A stretch of DNA of 64,000 nucleotides from Octopus sinensis (Eukaryota), in NCBI RefSeq assembly GCF_006345805.1, contig NC_043018.1:20336001-20400000 (forward strand). Reading direction: 5' to 3'. A program made the position numbers and the translations under genes. The notes below the pieces were generated by a model. It worked only from the letters and a program-made list of their open reading frames with translations. It did no database searches and was not told where the DNA came from. Position 1 is the first letter of the stretch, and each line of letters begins with the position of its first letter. This document shows, one piece after another, positions 63,698 through 64,000 of this stretch.

Positions 63698-64000
63698 TGT
63701 ATATATACATACACACAATGAACTGAGTTCTTATACATGCATCACACACACACACACACACACATAAATAGATAGATGATAGCTAGGTAGATATATACAC
63801 ACACACACACACACACATATATATACATATATACACATTAGTATACTAACACCCACTTACTTAAACGCAAACGCTATCTTGCATACAGTGGAACCTCCCC
63901 CCACTCTCAGTCACTTCTCTTTTTTTACACAGTATCTTGTCGAGACCGGAACCAATTATGCCAACCGATCTGTTCTAAGAGAAGGTTGCAAGATGGTGTT

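Overview
Eukaryotic, AT-rich, microsatellite- and SINE-dense genomic DNA. The repeat families point to a coleoid cephalopod, most likely Octopus (inference). The only supportable protein-coding gene is the 3' half of ZRANB1/TRABID (OTU deubiquitinase) on the minus strand. Six GT-AG exons (49518-49447, 20009-19811, 9812-9694, 7337-7212, 5392-5163, 2914-2678) splice in compatible phases into 983 nt ending at a stop and include the catalytic AGDCLL and RGHFS motifs. The upstream exons lie beyond the window. The introns (1.8 to 29.4 kb, and >14 kb) hold at least four SINE families, 3' stubs of CR1, RTE and HERO-like LINEs, non-autonomous Helitrons, a deleted piggyBac with TTAA MITEs, hAT- and pogo-like MITEs, a decayed 5S rRNA copy and several local duplications. 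Nearly all long ORFs in the supplied track are microsatellite artefacts. The most interesting signals are: (i) a cluster of three unrelated long foldbacks plus inverted SINE pairs at 52-58.8 kb in the TRABID pre-mRNA, including a 67-nt hairpin fully paired only on the transcribed strand; (ii) a two-source templated insertion at 9401-9519; (iii) a Helitron carrying a GC-rich, first-exon-like insert; (iv) microsatellite-bounded tandem duplications. None is proven functional. No bacterial-type system such as CRISPR is present.
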